Notes: a model not told the origin generated them from the letters alone. Counted from the first letter of the stretch, positions 31,249 through 41,721 are shown. The stretch is DNA of 64,000 nucleotides from an uncultured Candidatus Binatia bacterium (GCA_965213675.1 OZ243916.1:3456001-3520000), one strand, 5' to 3'. Made by a program: numbers and translations.

Positions 31249-33099
31249 ATGCCCGTTGTGAACGACCTGAGCATTTGCGTCGCGACCGCCAACGGTTCCG
31301 GAAGTGCTTCGTCCAATAACATCCTGTTCAAGTCCATCTTCAAGATGGGCATTCCCTGCTCCTCCAAGAACATGTTTCCGTCCAACATCCAGGGACTGCC
31401 CACGTGGTATCAGATCCGCGCCAACGCCGACGGCTATCTGGGCCGCAAGGACGTCATCGACGTCATGGTGATGTTTAACGACGACACCGCGGACAAGGAC
31501 ATCTATCGGGTGCGCGACGGCGGTCTGATCATCCATGACGACACCAAGCCGTTGCCCGACCACCTGAAGCGCGACGGCGTTCAGTACGTCGGCGTTCCGG
31601 CCAACGCTCTCGTTCAGAAGCACGTGGACGCGGGGCCGCTGCGCGCCAAGCAGCGCAACATGCTGTACGTGGGCGCCCTCGCGTGGCTCTTCGGCATCGA
31701 CATGGAAACCATCCGCGAGGTGCTCAGCGACACCTTCGGCAACAAGCCCGCGGTCATCGAATCCAACCTTCTCTGTATCCAGCTCGGCTACGACCACATG
31801 CGCGACAACAACCTGAGCCAGTCCCTCGCCATGCTGGAGAAGATTCCGGGCGGCAACGAGGGCAAGATCGTCACCGAGGGCAACACGGCGTGCGCCCTGG
31901 GGGCCATCTACGGCGGGGTTACGTTCTGCGCCTGGTATCCCATTACCCCGTCGAGTTCTCTGGCCGAGGCGCTGGAGCGCTACCTGCCGCGGCTGCGCAA
32001 GGACAAGGACGGCAAGAACACCTACGCCGTGGTTCAGGCCGAGGACGAGATCGCCGCCACCAACATGGTGGCCGGGGCCGGCTGGATGGGCGCACGGGCC
32101 ATGACCTCCACCTCGGGGCCGGGCGTCTCGCTCATGAACGAGACCCTCGGCCTGCAGTATTTCGCCGAGATTCCCGGCGTCTACTTCATCATTCAGCGCG
32201 GCGGCCCCTCCACCGGGCTGCCCACGCGCACCCAGCAGGCCGACATCCAGTTGATGCACGTGGCCTCCCACGGCGACACGCGCCACATCATCCTCATACC
32301 CCACGACATGAAGTCCAGCTTCGACCTGGCGCGCAAGAGCTTCGACGTGGCTGAACGCTTCCAGACCCCGGTGTTCGTCATGATGGATCTGGATCTGGGC
32401 ATGAACCTCTGGGGTTCGGATCCGCTGGAGCTGGTGCAGGAGCCCTTCGACCGCGGCAAGGTCCTCAGCCAGGAGGACCTTGAGCAGCAGGGGAGCTTCG
32501 CGCGCTACCTGGACGTGGACGGCGACGGAATTCCGCAACGGACGATTCCGGGCAACCGCCATCCCAAGGCCCCGTACTTCGCCCGGGGCTCGGGTCATGA
32601 CTCCCACGCGCGCTACTCGGAGGACGAGAAGGACTACAAGGACACGCTGGACCGGCTGCGGCAGAAGTACGAGACCGCGCGCGCCTACGTCCCCAAGCCG
32701 TGGGTGGAGTGCGACGCGGATACCAGCACCGGGGTAATTTGCTTCGGGTCGAGCGCCGAGGCCGTGCGCGAGGCGCGTGACCGCTTGCGGGCCTCCGGCG
32801 TGGACACCAATTACCTGCTGCTGCGGGCGTTGCCCCTGACCGAGGAAGTACGGGAGTTCGTGGATGCCCACGAGGTGATCTATCTCATGGAGCAGAACCG
32901 CGACGGGCAGATGGCCGCCATTTTCAGGGAGGAATATCCGGGGCTCGCCACCCGGATCGTCAGCGTTCTCATCTACGACGGGCTCCCGGCCACCGCGGGC
33001 GAGATCGTCCGGCAGATCGAGCAACATCGTGAAGAGATCAGCGAAACAATCGAACCGAAGGTAGACGAAACATGGCAAAAACAAATCGCGTCGATCTGA
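31249..33099 (+). CDS. 2-oxoacid:ferredoxin oxidoreductase alpha subunit (gamma-alpha fusion)
   Basis: YPITPSS, QAEDEIAA, TSGPG, QRGGPSTGLPT. Confidence 0.93.
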   Translation: MPVVNDLSICVATANGSGSASSNNILFKSIFKMGIPCSSKNMFPSNIQGLPTWYQIRANADGYLGRKDVIDVMVMFNDDTADKDIYRVRDGGLIIHDDTKPLPDHLKRDGVQYVGVPANALVQKHVDAGPLRAKQRNMLYVGALAWLFGIDMETIREVLSDTFGNKPAVIESNLLCIQLGYDHMRDNNLSQSLAMLEKIPGGNEGKIVTEGNTACALGAIYGGVTFCAWYPITPSSSLAEALERYLPRLRKDKDGKNTYAVVQAEDEIAATNMVAGAGWMGARAMTSTSGPGVSLMNETLGLQYFAEIPGVYFIIQRGGPSTGLPTRTQQADIQLMHVASHGDTRHIILIPHDMKSSFDLARKSFDVAERFQTPVFVMMDLDLGMNLWGSDPLELVQEPFDRGKVLSQEDLEQQGSFARYLDVDGDGIPQRTIPGNRHPKAPYFARGSGHDSHARYSEDEKDYKDTLDRLRQKYETARAYVPKPWVECDADTSTGVICFGSSAEAVREARDRLRASGVDTNYLLLRALPLTEEVREFVDAHEVIYLMEQNRDGQMAAIFREEYPGLATRIVSVLIYDGLPATAGEIVRQIEQHREEISETIEPKVDETWQKQIASI

Positions 33100-34094
33100 C
33101 CGAGCGGGACTACAAGGGGGCGGAATCCACCATGTGCCGCGGCTGCGGCCATGACGCCATTTCCGCGTCCATCATGCGCGCATTCTTCGCCAGCAGCGTG
33201 GACCCGCGCAACGTCATCAAGATGAGCGGCATCGGCTGCTCGTCCAAGACGCCCAACTACTTCATGAACCAGGCCTTCGGCATCAACGCGGTGCACGGCC
33301 GCATGGCCTCGGTGGCCACCGGAGCCAACGTCGGCAACCACACCATGATTCCGCTGGGGATCTCCGGCGACGGCGACACTTCCGCCATCGGGCTCGGCAA
33401 CTTCTGCCACATGATGCGCCGCAACGTAAACATCACCTACGTCATCGAGAACAACGGCGTGTACGGACTGACCAAGGGCCAGTTCTCCGCCACCGCGGAC
33501 GAGGGCACGGTGATGAAGGGCGGCAAGATCAACGACATGCCCGCCATCGACCTGTGCGAGCTGGCCATCACCCTGGGCGCCACCTACGTGGCCCGGAGCT
33601 TTTCCGGCGACCGCAAGCAACTCGCGCCGCTGATCCAGGGCGCGGTCGCGCACAAGGGCAGCGCCATCCTCGACGTGCTCAGCCCCTGCGTCACCTTCAA
33701 CGACCATTCCGGCTCCACCAAGAGCCTCAAGTACATCCGCGACCACCTCGACCCGCTTCACGACATCGACTTCATCCCGCCCTATGAGAACATCGAGGTG
33801 GACTACCAGGAAGGGACCGACCAGGAAGTCACCATGCACGACGGGTCGCGCATCACGCTTCACAAGCTCGGTCGCGACTACGACCCCACCAACCGGATGC
33901 AGGCGGCCAACGCGCTGCACGCCGCGGTGGCCGAGCACAAGTTCCTCACCGGGCTCATCTACCTCAACGAGGAGCGCGCCGAGTTCGTCGACGACCTCAA
34001 TCTATCCGACACGCCGCTGGCCTACCTGACCCAGGAGCAGGTGCAGCCGCCGGCGAGCCGGCTCGACGAGATCAACGCGCAGTTGAGGAAATAG
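33072..34094 (+). CDS. 2-oxoacid:ferredoxin oxidoreductase beta subunit
   Basis: CRGCG, SGIGCS, GDGD..NNGVYGLTKGQ TPP motif, SPCVTFN. Confidence 0.93.
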   Translation: MAKTNRVDLTERDYKGAESTMCRGCGHDAISASIMRAFFASSVDPRNVIKMSGIGCSSKTPNYFMNQAFGINAVHGRMASVATGANVGNHTMIPLGISGDGDTSAIGLGNFCHMMRRNVNITYVIENNGVYGLTKGQFSATADEGTVMKGGKINDMPAIDLCELAITLGATYVARSFSGDRKQLAPLIQGAVAHKGSAILDVLSPCVTFNDHSGSTKSLKYIRDHLDPLHDIDFIPPYENIEVDYQEGTDQEVTMHDGSRITLHKLGRDYDPTNRMQAANALHAAVAEHKFLTGLIYLNEERAEFVDDLNLSDTPLAYLTQEQVQPPASRLDEINAQLRK

Positions 34095-34117
34095 CAACGC
34101 CACGGGCGCCCAAACCC

Positions 34118-34825
34118 ATGCCTGCCCGTGAAGCGCTGATCGTCCACACCTCGGACCTGCATCTGGGGGCCGACAGCATCCTGACCGACGAAGACTCGGC
34201 CAACGTGCCGGTGCTGCGGCAGGTGCTCTCCACCGCCAGGACGCACCAAGCCGACCTTCTGATTCTCGCCGGGGACACCTTCGATCACAATCGCCAGAAG
34301 GCCCCGGTCATCGAGGAAGTGGCGGAGGTCATGGCCGAATCCGGCCTGCCCATCGTCATCCTGCCCGGCAACCACGACCCCCTGACTCCAGACTCGGTCT
34401 ACCGCAGGAGCGAGTTCAACCACTCCGGCAACGTGCACGTGCTCGGCCTCACCGCCGAACGGAGCGACTTTCCCCACCTCGACCTCGAAGTGTGGGGCCG
34501 CCCCCATGTGGACTACCTCGACATGGCGCCGCTGCCCGAGCCGCCCGAGCGCCGCAGCCGCTGGCAGTTGGCCGTGGCCCACGGCCACTATGTGGAGGAC
34601 AAGCCCGATTCGGACATCCTCCTGGGCTCCTGGCTCATCCGCCAGGAAAACCTCACCACCAGCCGCGCCGACTACGTCGCCCTCGGCCACTGGAACCGCG
34701 CCGTCGCCGTCGGCGACCAGCAAATCCCCGCCTACTACTCCGGCTCCCCCACCTACGCCGGCACAATCAACGCCATCCGCCTCCAGAGCGACGGCCGGGT
34801 GGTGGTGACGCAGATTCCGGTGTGA
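34118..34825 (+). CDS. Metallophosphoesterase (SbcD/Mre11-like nuclease domain only)
   Basis: HTSDLHLG, AGDTFD, PGNHD, AHG, YVALGHW, YSGSP. Confidence 0.85.
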   Translation: MPAREALIVHTSDLHLGADSILTDEDSANVPVLRQVLSTARTHQADLLILAGDTFDHNRQKAPVIEEVAEVMAESGLPIVILPGNHDPLTPDSVYRRSEFNHSGNVHVLGLTAERSDFPHLDLEVWGRPHVDYLDMAPLPEPPERRSRWQLAVAHGHYVEDKPDSDILLGSWLIRQENLTTSRADYVALGHWNRAVAVGDQQIPAYYSGSPTYAGTINAIRLQSDGRVVVTQIPV

Positions 34826-35001
34826 CGCCCGGTGCGACGGGCGGCCCTTGAACGACGGCGTACGCTACACGTTTGGCGAACCCACAACCGGTTGTTGAGG
34901 GAAAGTACTGGCGGACGATAGGCCCATCCACATTCTCGGAGTATTCCACGGTGCGCTGGAGATGGATCGGTACCTTCCGTGAGTTCACGATGGAACGGAC
35001 C

Positions 35002-35997
35002 TCAGTGGCGATGCTGGCGCTTTTTCTGGAGCCCGCCGTGCCCCATGCGCAGGATGTCCTCGCGGGTGACACGGGTTCCGGCCAGAAGCTTGGGCAGCAT
35101 GAAGTCGAAGGCCGTGACCGGGTCGTGGAGGACGCAGCCGGAGAGGCCCAGGACCGGGATTTCTCCCAGGTAGCTCATCAGGAACATGGAGCCCGGCAGC
35201 ACGGGGAACCCGTGTGAGATGACGTCGGCGCCGCTCCGGCGGATGCCCTCGGGGGTGAGGTCGTCGGGGTCCACGGACATGCCGCCGCTCACCAGGATCA
35301 CGTCGGCGCCGTTGGCGGCGAAGTCCTTGATATGGCCGGCGATGACGTCAGGGTCGTCGGGCGCCAGGGTGGCGGGTTCCAGGGTCGAGCCCATGCCTTC
35401 CACCTTTTCCCGCACCGCCGGCTCGAAGCCGTCCTTGATGCGGCCGGTGAAGACCTCGCTCCCGGTCACCAGTAAATTGACTTTCTTCGCCGGAACGGTG
35501 GCCACCGAGACGATGGAGCGGTTCCGGCACAACGTCTCGGCCCGCGCCACCAGGTCTTCCTTCACCAGGATCGGGATGGTACGGGTCCCGCCCACCACGG
35601 TGCCTTCCCGGACGAACTCGCCGGAGGAGAGGGTGGCCAGAATGAGGTCGCCCAACTCGTTGAAACGGAACAGCAACTCCTCGTCCACCTCCAGAATGCC
35701 GTCGTGGGCCGCCACCAGATTCACCCGGCCTTCGCTCGGGTCGGTCAGTGTGAGACCGTCCCCGGCCGCGGCTTTCGCCAGCCGTTTGGCCGCGTCCTCC
35801 TCGTGCAACTCGTCCGGCGCCAAGTCCATGATGTAGATGTGCGCCTTGCCCACGTCCAGCAACCGCGGCACGTCCTCCTCGGCGATGAGATGCCCGCGCC
35901 TGAACCGCGGCCCCTTGTGACCGCCCGGAATGATCTCGGTGATGTCGTGGGCCAGTCTCAGGCCCACCGCCTCTTCAACTGGAATGACCTTTAGCAT
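35002..35997 (-). CDS. Molybdopterin-binding protein (MoeA/MoaB-like domain)
   Basis: LAHDITEI, VTGSEV, GGMSVDPDDLTP, PVLPGSM. Confidence 0.85.
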   Translation of the reverse strand: MLKVIPVEEAVGLRLAHDITEIIPGGHKGPRFRRGHLIAEEDVPRLLDVGKAHIYIMDLAPDELHEEDAAKRLAKAAAGDGLTLTDPSEGRVNLVAAHDGILEVDEELLFRFNELGDLILATLSSGEFVREGTVVGGTRTIPILVKEDLVARAETLCRNRSIVSVATVPAKKVNLLVTGSEVFTGRIKDGFEPAVREKVEGMGSTLEPATLAPDDPDVIAGHIKDFAANGADVILVSGGMSVDPDDLTPEGIRRSGADVISHGFPVLPGSMFLMSYLGEIPVLGLSGCVLHDPVTAFDFMLPKLLAGTRVTREDILRMGHGGLQKKRQHRH

Positions 35998-36139
35998 TCG
36001 ATGCCTCTCCCTCAACTGCCTCTTCCGCCAACAATCCTTCGTTGATACGAAAACCTGGCTCTGTAATTCAGGATGTTACAAACCTGCATCTCCGGTCGCC
36101 ATTCCATTGCCATATCAATGACGGATTTGGAGCGCGCTG

Positions 36140-37225
36140 CTAATCCCGAATATCCTGCGTGAACCACTCCCTGGGAATCTCCCTGCCGGCGCCCAACTCC
36201 CGTGCCTTGCGCACCACGTAGCCGGCCACGGAAGCGAACTGCAAGCCCTGGGTGCCATCGTTCAGAAAGAACGTCACGTCCGATTCGCTGGTGCGGCCCG
36301 GGACCGTCCCAGCCATGAGATCCGTCAACAGCGGGTGTTTGCCCGAGAACAGGTCCACGCCGGGGTTCACGATGCGCGTGGTCTCGTCGTCGGTGCCGGC
36401 CACGTAGGAGGCGTATCCGGCAATGCGCTGCATGCCTTCGTCCAACGTGTGGATGGTGCCGCGGCCGAGCTTCACGGTCACGTCGCAGCGGTCCAGGATG
36501 CCGGGATCCCATTCGTTGCTGCGGACGCAGGTGACGAAGGCGCCGTCCTCCACCCAGCCCGGATTCTCCACCACCACCCGCACCGAGTCGGTGCAGGTGG
36601 CCACCATGTCCGACCCCCGCACCACCTCCTCCACGTTGTCCCGCGCCGTCACTGGCACCCCCAGCATTTCGCTCATCCTCTTCGCATAGCTCTCGCGGTT
36701 GGCCGGTGTCGGGCTGTAGACCTTGACCTCGGAGAGCTTGCGCACTTCGGCAAACGCCCGCAGGTAGGTCTCGGCCATCCCGCCCGAGCCCAGCATCCCC
36801 ACCACCGAGGCGTCCTCCCGCGCCAGGTAGCGGGCCGCCAGACCGGCGCAGGCGCCTACGCGCATGTGCTGGATGATGCCGTCATTGATGATGGCCAGGG
36901 GCTCGGCGCTGCGCGCGGAAAAGACCATCACCAGGCCACAATAGGTGCCGGGCTCCATGCAGTACTTCTCCACCGTGCCCCCCTCGGGCCACTCCAGCAT
37001 GTCCGACTTCATGCGGATGGCGAACACGCCGAAGGAGCGCGACGCCCCTTCCATGGTGCCCCAACGGTACATGCGCTCAGGCTCTTCCTGGGGCACATAG
37101 AGATCAATGCGCGGACGGTAAACGGCCCGCTGCGCCAGCAGATCGCGGTAGCCGGTTTCCAGGGCGTCGATGCAGCCCTTCATGTCGAGGATTTCGTCAA
37201 CGGTTTCGTTGTTGATGAGCAGCAT
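36140..37225 (-). CDS. Ornithine cyclodeaminase/mu-crystallin family protein (second paralog)
   Basis: LGSGGMA, DMVATCTDS, GLQFASVA; alternative GTG start at 37258. Confidence 0.88.
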   Translation of the reverse strand: MLLINNETVDEILDMKGCIDALETGYRDLLAQRAVYRPRIDLYVPQEEPERMYRWGTMEGASRSFGVFAIRMKSDMLEWPEGGTVEKYCMEPGTYCGLVMVFSARSAEPLAIINDGIIQHMRVGACAGLAARYLAREDASVVGMLGSGGMAETYLRAFAEVRKLSEVKVYSPTPANRESYAKRMSEMLGVPVTARDNVEEVVRGSDMVATCTDSVRVVVENPGWVEDGAFVTCVRSNEWDPGILDRCDVTVKLGRGTIHTLDEGMQRIAGYASYVAGTDDETTRIVNPGVDLFSGKHPLLTDLMAGTVPGRTSESDVTFFLNDGTQGLQFASVAGYVVRKARELGAGREIPREWFTQDIRD

Positions 37226-37360
37226 GGCGATGTCCTTGTGATTCGCGCGCTCGTCCACGGGACACGCGCGCCGTGGATTGGCGTCTACACGGGCGTGCCT
37301 GGCGTCTTCCTCGCGTGGCGTCCAGCACCGCGGGCCATCGTGCCGCGCAACCGCGGCCCG

Positions 37361-38374
37361 TCAACCCCCCAGTGTAATCATCTCTATCTTGTCGTGTGTT
37401 CCGGGGTCGTATCCGTCGGGCGACTGGATCGCGTTGAGCCGTTCGGCCGAGAACCGGTCGGTGCGGCCGGACCAGACAGCCGCCATCCAGTCGCGGAGTT
37501 CCTCGTCGCCAGCCCCGCTCCGGAGCCGCGCCTTGAGGTCGTGACCGGTGCGGGAAAAGAGGCAGGTAACGAGACGGCCGTCCGCGGTGAGGCGCCCTCG
37601 GCTGCAAGTGCCGCAGAACGGTTCGGTCACCGACGCGACGATACCCACGGTGCCCGCGCCGTCGCGGAAGGCGTAGTCCACCGCCGGCGCGTTGCCTTCG
37701 GCCCGGCCGGCGGGCTCCAGCGGATAGCGCGCGCCGATGCGCTCCAGGATCTCGGCCTTCGGCACGGTCCGCTCCAGCCGCCAGGCGTTGGCTGTGCCTA
37801 CGTCCATGTACTCGATGAAGCGCATGACGAAGCCATGCTCCCGCCCGAACTCCACCAGCGGGAGAATGTCCTCCTCGTTGACCCCGCGCTCGATGACCGC
37901 GTTGATCTTGATGGGGGTCAGCCCGGTGTCCCGGGCCGCGAACAGCCCCTTCAGAACCTCATCCAGGTCGCCCCGCTTGGTGACGCGCCGAAACCGCTCC
38001 GGGTCCAGGCTGTCTATGCTCACGTTGATGCGCCGCAGCCCGGCCGCCCGCAACGCCGCGGCCATGCCGCGCAGGCGCGACCCATTGGTGGTGAGGGCAA
38101 TGTCCTCAATGCCCGCGATCCCCGAGATCTGCCGCACCAAGTCCGGCAGGTCCCGCCGCACCAGCGGCTCGCCCCCGGTCAGGCGGATCTTGCGCACCCC
38201 CAAGGGCACCGCCAGCCGCACCACCCGGCAGATCTCCTCGTAGGTAAGGATCTCCCGCTTGTCGATCCAGTCGTAGTGGTCGAACGGCATGCAGTAGGTG
38301 CAACGGAAGTTGCACCGATCCGTCACCGAGATCCGCAAGTCCCGCAAGGGACGATGAAATTGGTCCGTCAACAC
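37361..38374 (-). CDS. moaA: GTP 3',8-cyclase
   Basis: LRISVTDRCNFRCTYCMP, TGGEP, FCGTCSR..CLF, C-terminal GG. Confidence 0.97.
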   Translation of the reverse strand: MLTDQFHRPLRDLRISVTDRCNFRCTYCMPFDHYDWIDKREILTYEEICRVVRLAVPLGVRKIRLTGGEPLVRRDLPDLVRQISGIAGIEDIALTTNGSRLRGMAAALRAAGLRRINVSIDSLDPERFRRVTKRGDLDEVLKGLFAARDTGLTPIKINAVIERGVNEEDILPLVEFGREHGFVMRFIEYMDVGTANAWRLERTVPKAEILERIGARYPLEPAGRAEGNAPAVDYAFRDGAGTVGIVASVTEPFCGTCSRGRLTADGRLVTCLFSRTGHDLKARLRSGAGDEELRDWMAAVWSGRTDRFSAERLNAIQSPDGYDPGTHDKIEMITLGG

Positions 38375-38792
38375 GACAAGTCAATATGGAACCGGGGATG
38401 CGTCAAGTCAAGGAAACCCGCTCCCGGCGCGAACGGGTGCGTGCGCCGGATTTGGCCCCAATGATAGACCGAAGTCATTTCAGCGCTGCGACGAACTCGG
38501 CGTGTCCGCTGGCGTCCAGGCCCTTCTGCAACTCAGCCATGACGGTCATCATGTCGCCGGCCACCCGTTTCGCGGGCTTGCTTGTTCGACATGGTTGCTT
38601 CCACGCACAGCACTCCCGGCAAGGATAGACGCAAACGAAATGCCAGTCGAGAGCCGCAGGACGCCGTTCGTCTGCCAGGAATCACCGGCTATTTCGCGAA
38701 TCGGCAGGGATGGTCCTGGACCATGGGCGACGCTCATTGCGCGACGCTCTCTCAGCCAGTATGGTTGACCCCAATGCTGCATAAGCTGGGAA

Positions 38793-38850
38793 CTGGCGCC
38801 GTAGGAATTCACGATAGCGGATTTGCAGCCGTAAATTCCTACGGCGCCAG
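38793..38850. repeat. Hairpin with 17-bp perfect stem, related to 30144-30203
   Basis: CTGGCGCCGTAGGAATT / AATTCCTACGGCGCCAG. Confidence 0.75.
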
Positions 38851-39023
38851 CTGCTGGGAGAGGACCGGAAGAGAAGCGGGATGGGGTCAGTAGGGGAAGC
38901 ACAGGGGGTGCCCCGGATCGCTCTTTACCAACGTTTCCTGCAACGTCGGAGTCGAGTCTGGCCGCCAGTGGCGCGCGCAGTGTCGACGGTCGCCGTTTCG
39001 TTACTTCCTGAAAGGAGTCATTC

Positions 39024-39743
39024 ATGGCCAATACGTGGGACGATATTCTGACCGAACGCGACAAGGAAGTGTTCGCGCTGTCGGGCTATGGCGCCAAGGC
39101 GGGTTTCGGCTCGCGTCCGGCGGTGCTGGTGATCGACGTGAACTACAACTTCGTGGGTGACCGGCGGGAGCCCATCGTGGAGTCGGTCAAGCGTTTTCGC
39201 AACAGTTGCGGCGAGGAGGGTTGGGTCGGCGTGGACCACATCGCCATGCTGCTGGAGGAAGCGAGGAAGAAGCACTTGCCGATCTTCTTCACCACGGGCC
39301 ATGGCGAGGAGGACTCCGTGGCTTTCGGCCGCTGGCACGGCAAGAACTCGCGTGGCACCGAGGACTTCGACGATCTGGCCAAGAAGGGTAATGACATCGT
39401 CAAGGAGATCGCGCCCGTGAAGGGCGAGGTGGTGGTGCGCAAGCAGAAGCCCAGTGCCTTTTTCGGCACCCCGCTCATGAGCATGCTGAATGAAGTGCAC
39501 GCCGACACCGTGCTGGTGACCGGGACCACCACGAGCGGCTGCGTGCGCGCGTCGGTCATCGACGCGTTTTCGTTCAACTACAACGTCGCGGTGGTGGAGG
39601 AATGCACCTTCGACCGGGGTCAGGCGTCGCACAAGGTCAATCTCTTCGACATGCACATGAAGTACGCCGACGTCGTCTCGCTGGAGGCGACGGTCGACTA
39701 CGTCCGGGGCCTGCCCGACAATCTGTACGCGCCGGCTCTTTAG
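39024..39743 (+). CDS. Isochorismatase/cysteine hydrolase family protein
   Basis: PAVLVID, KQKPSAFFGT, GTTTSGCVRASVIDA. Confidence 0.92.
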   Translation: MANTWDDILTERDKEVFALSGYGAKAGFGSRPAVLVIDVNYNFVGDRREPIVESVKRFRNSCGEEGWVGVDHIAMLLEEARKKHLPIFFTTGHGEEDSVAFGRWHGKNSRGTEDFDDLAKKGNDIVKEIAPVKGEVVVRKQKPSAFFGTPLMSMLNEVHADTVLVTGTTTSGCVRASVIDAFSFNYNVAVVEECTFDRGQASHKVNLFDMHMKYADVVSLEATVDYVRGLPDNLYAPAL

Positions 39744-39788
39744 GAGCCTGTCCGTGCAGGGGCGACCATCGCTCGCCCCTGCACGGAC
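39744..39788 (+). repeat. REP-like palindrome directly after the stop codon
   Basis: 16-bp stem GTCCGTGCAGGGGCGA / TCGCCCCTGCACGGAC. Confidence 0.7.
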
Positions 39789-39814
39789 CATTCTTCGCGC
39801 GGGACAGCCGTTTC

Positions 39815-40732
39815 ATGAGCGAGATCGCACGATACATTGACGGGTTCGGCGGCTACCTGCGGGACCAGGCGCGGTTCTCTCCGCATTCGGTGAAGGGCTA
39901 TCTCACCGATGTGGAGGGTTTTCGGCAGTACCTGGAAGAGAACGGCATGGATGTCGCCAGCGACGGCGACACCGCCTTGCGCTCGGTGAACGCCCGCTGG
40001 ATCCGGGGCTACCTCAAGACTCTGTACGACACCCGCAAGAAGAGCACCATCGGACGCAAGCTTGCGGCGCTGAAGGGGTTTTTTCGCTATCTCCTGCGCG
40101 AGGGCGTCATCCACCGGGACCCGCTGGTGGGGTTCTCCAACCCCAAGCAGGAAGCGCCGCTGGTGACGTTTCTGTCCGTGGACGAGGCGTTCCGGGTGCT
40201 GGGCTGTTTGCCCGACGAGGGCATCCTCCCGGCCCGTGACCGCGCCGTCATGGAGGTGCTGTACTCGTCCGGCGTCCGGGTGAGCGAGTTGGTGGGGATC
40301 GACTGGCGCGACGTGGACTTCACCCTCGGCGTGCTCAAGGTTTTCGGCAAGGGGTCCAAGGAGCGCATCGTGCCGGTGGGGGAGGTGGCGCTCAAGGCCC
40401 TGCGCGACTACGCGGAACACCAGCGGGCGCGCTGGGAGCGCACCGCGCGCGGCGAGGAGCCGGTCTTTCTGAACCGGCTCGGCAACCGGATCACCACCCG
40501 GAGCGTCGCCCGCATCGTGGAGAAGTACCTGCGGCTGGCCGGAATCCCCGTGCGCATGGGGCCCCACGGCCTGCGCCACACCTTCGCCACGCACCTCTTG
40601 AACGCCGGCGCCGACCTGCGCTCGATCCAGGAACTGCTGGGCCACGTGAGCCTGTCCACCACGCAACGCTACACCCACGTCAACCTCGACCAGCTCACCG
40701 CGGTCTACGACCGCGCACATCCCAGGGCGTGA
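39815..40732 (+). CDS. xerC: Tyrosine recombinase XerC
   Basis: RDRAVMEVLYSSGVRVSEL, GKGSKER, HGLRHTFATHLL, LLGHVSLSTTQRY; upstream of hslVU. Confidence 0.92.
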   Translation: MSEIARYIDGFGGYLRDQARFSPHSVKGYLTDVEGFRQYLEENGMDVASDGDTALRSVNARWIRGYLKTLYDTRKKSTIGRKLAALKGFFRYLLREGVIHRDPLVGFSNPKQEAPLVTFLSVDEAFRVLGCLPDEGILPARDRAVMEVLYSSGVRVSELVGIDWRDVDFTLGVLKVFGKGSKERIVPVGEVALKALRDYAEHQRARWERTARGEEPVFLNRLGNRITTRSVARIVEKYLRLAGIPVRMGPHGLRHTFATHLLNAGADLRSIQELLGHVSLSTTQRYTHVNLDQLTAVYDRAHPRA

Positions 40733-40994
40733 CCGGCGGCTCGTGTACGCTCGCGACGAACCGTGACGGCCTGCGCCGCCTCTTTGTGGATCGTCGGCTC
40801 CACCCCGGATCGCCGGACCGACACCGCCGCGTGTGCGACCCGTTTGCGAAGTGGCGGGTCAGGCGGGCGCGGCGTCGCGTGCGCGGCGGTCCCAGGGCCT
40901 GCGAAGTCGGCGGATTCGTGTTAGACTCGGGGTTCTTGAGTGCGCAAGTTGCCGTGTCTGCCAGCAAATCGGGCACGGACCCTCGCGAGAGTTT

Positions 40995-41163
40995 CCATCA
41001 AAGGTTCCCATCGAAGGCTTCCATCGAAGAGAGTTCCCATCGAATCTTTCGAGTGTCCATCGAGAGTCCAGCGAAATTTCCGAGTGTCCATCGAAGACTC
41101 CTGTTGTGAAAGTGCTCGATTGACGATCTTCATTGACGATCATTGAACGATTCATTGAACGAT
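40995..41163 (+). repeat. Degenerate short direct-repeat arrays upstream of hslV
   Basis: Seven CCATCGAA-like units, then four ATTGA(A)CGAT units, the last overlapping the hslV ATG. Confidence 0.75.
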
Positions 41164-41692
41164 GTTTCACGGAACTACCATTCTCGCCGTGCGCCACCAG
41201 GGCAGGATCGTGGTCGCGGGCGACGGTCAGGTGAGCCTCGGCGATACGGCGCTGAAGCACACCGCGCGCAAGGTCCGGAAGCTCTACGGCGACCGGATCA
41301 TCGCCGGGTTCGCCGGCGCCACCGCGGACGCGTTCACCCTGTTCGAGAAGTTCGAGGGAAAGCTCGAGCAGCATGGCGGCGTGTTCCGGCGCGCGGCCGT
41401 GGAACTGGCCAAGGAGTGGCGCACGGATCGAATGTTGCGCCGGCTGGAAGCGCTGATGATCGTGGCGGACGTCGAGGCCTCGCTCCTGGTGTCGGGCAAC
41501 GGCGATGTGCTGGAGCCCGACGACGGAGTGATCGCCGTCGGCTCGGGCGGGAACTACGCGCTGGCGGCCGCGCGTGCACTCGTGCAACACAGCGCTCTGG
41601 ATGCCCGTTCCATCGCCGAGGAGGCCATGAAGGTGGCCGCGACCATTTGCATCTATACCAACGGCAACCTGACCCTTGAGGAATTACCCTGA
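41162..41692 (+). CDS. hslV: ATP-dependent protease peptidase subunit
   Basis: [27 protein letters not shown]. Confidence 0.98.
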   Translation: MFHGTTILAVRHQGRIVVAGDGQVSLGDTALKHTARKVRKLYGDRIIAGFAGATADAFTLFEKFEGKLEQHGGVFRRAAVELAKEWRTDRMLRRLEALMIVADVEASLLVSGNGDVLEPDDGVIAVGSGGNYALAAARALVQHSALDARSIAEEAMKVAATICIYTNGNLTLEELP

Positions 41693-41721
41693 GCCAGCGC
41701 CGCGTCCGTTGGTTTCCTGTA

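Noticed and set aside
36096-36112. Sigma54-like GG-N10-GC (TGGCAATGGAATGGCG, minus strand)
   Set aside because: Poor match to TGGCAC-N5-TTGC and likely to occur by chance in GC-rich DNA
38400-39020. Possible gene remnant or small ORF between moaA and the isochorismatase gene
   Set aside because: No frame gives a recognisable motif, RBS or host-like codon usage; left unannotated
39815-40732. Tyrosine recombinase as a prophage or integron integrase
   Set aside because: About 305 aa, XerC-like motifs and housekeeping xerC-hslVU context; no cassettes or phage genes
40995-41163. Possible CRISPR array
   Set aside because: Repeats are only 8-10 nt with short irregular spacing, and there are no cas genes
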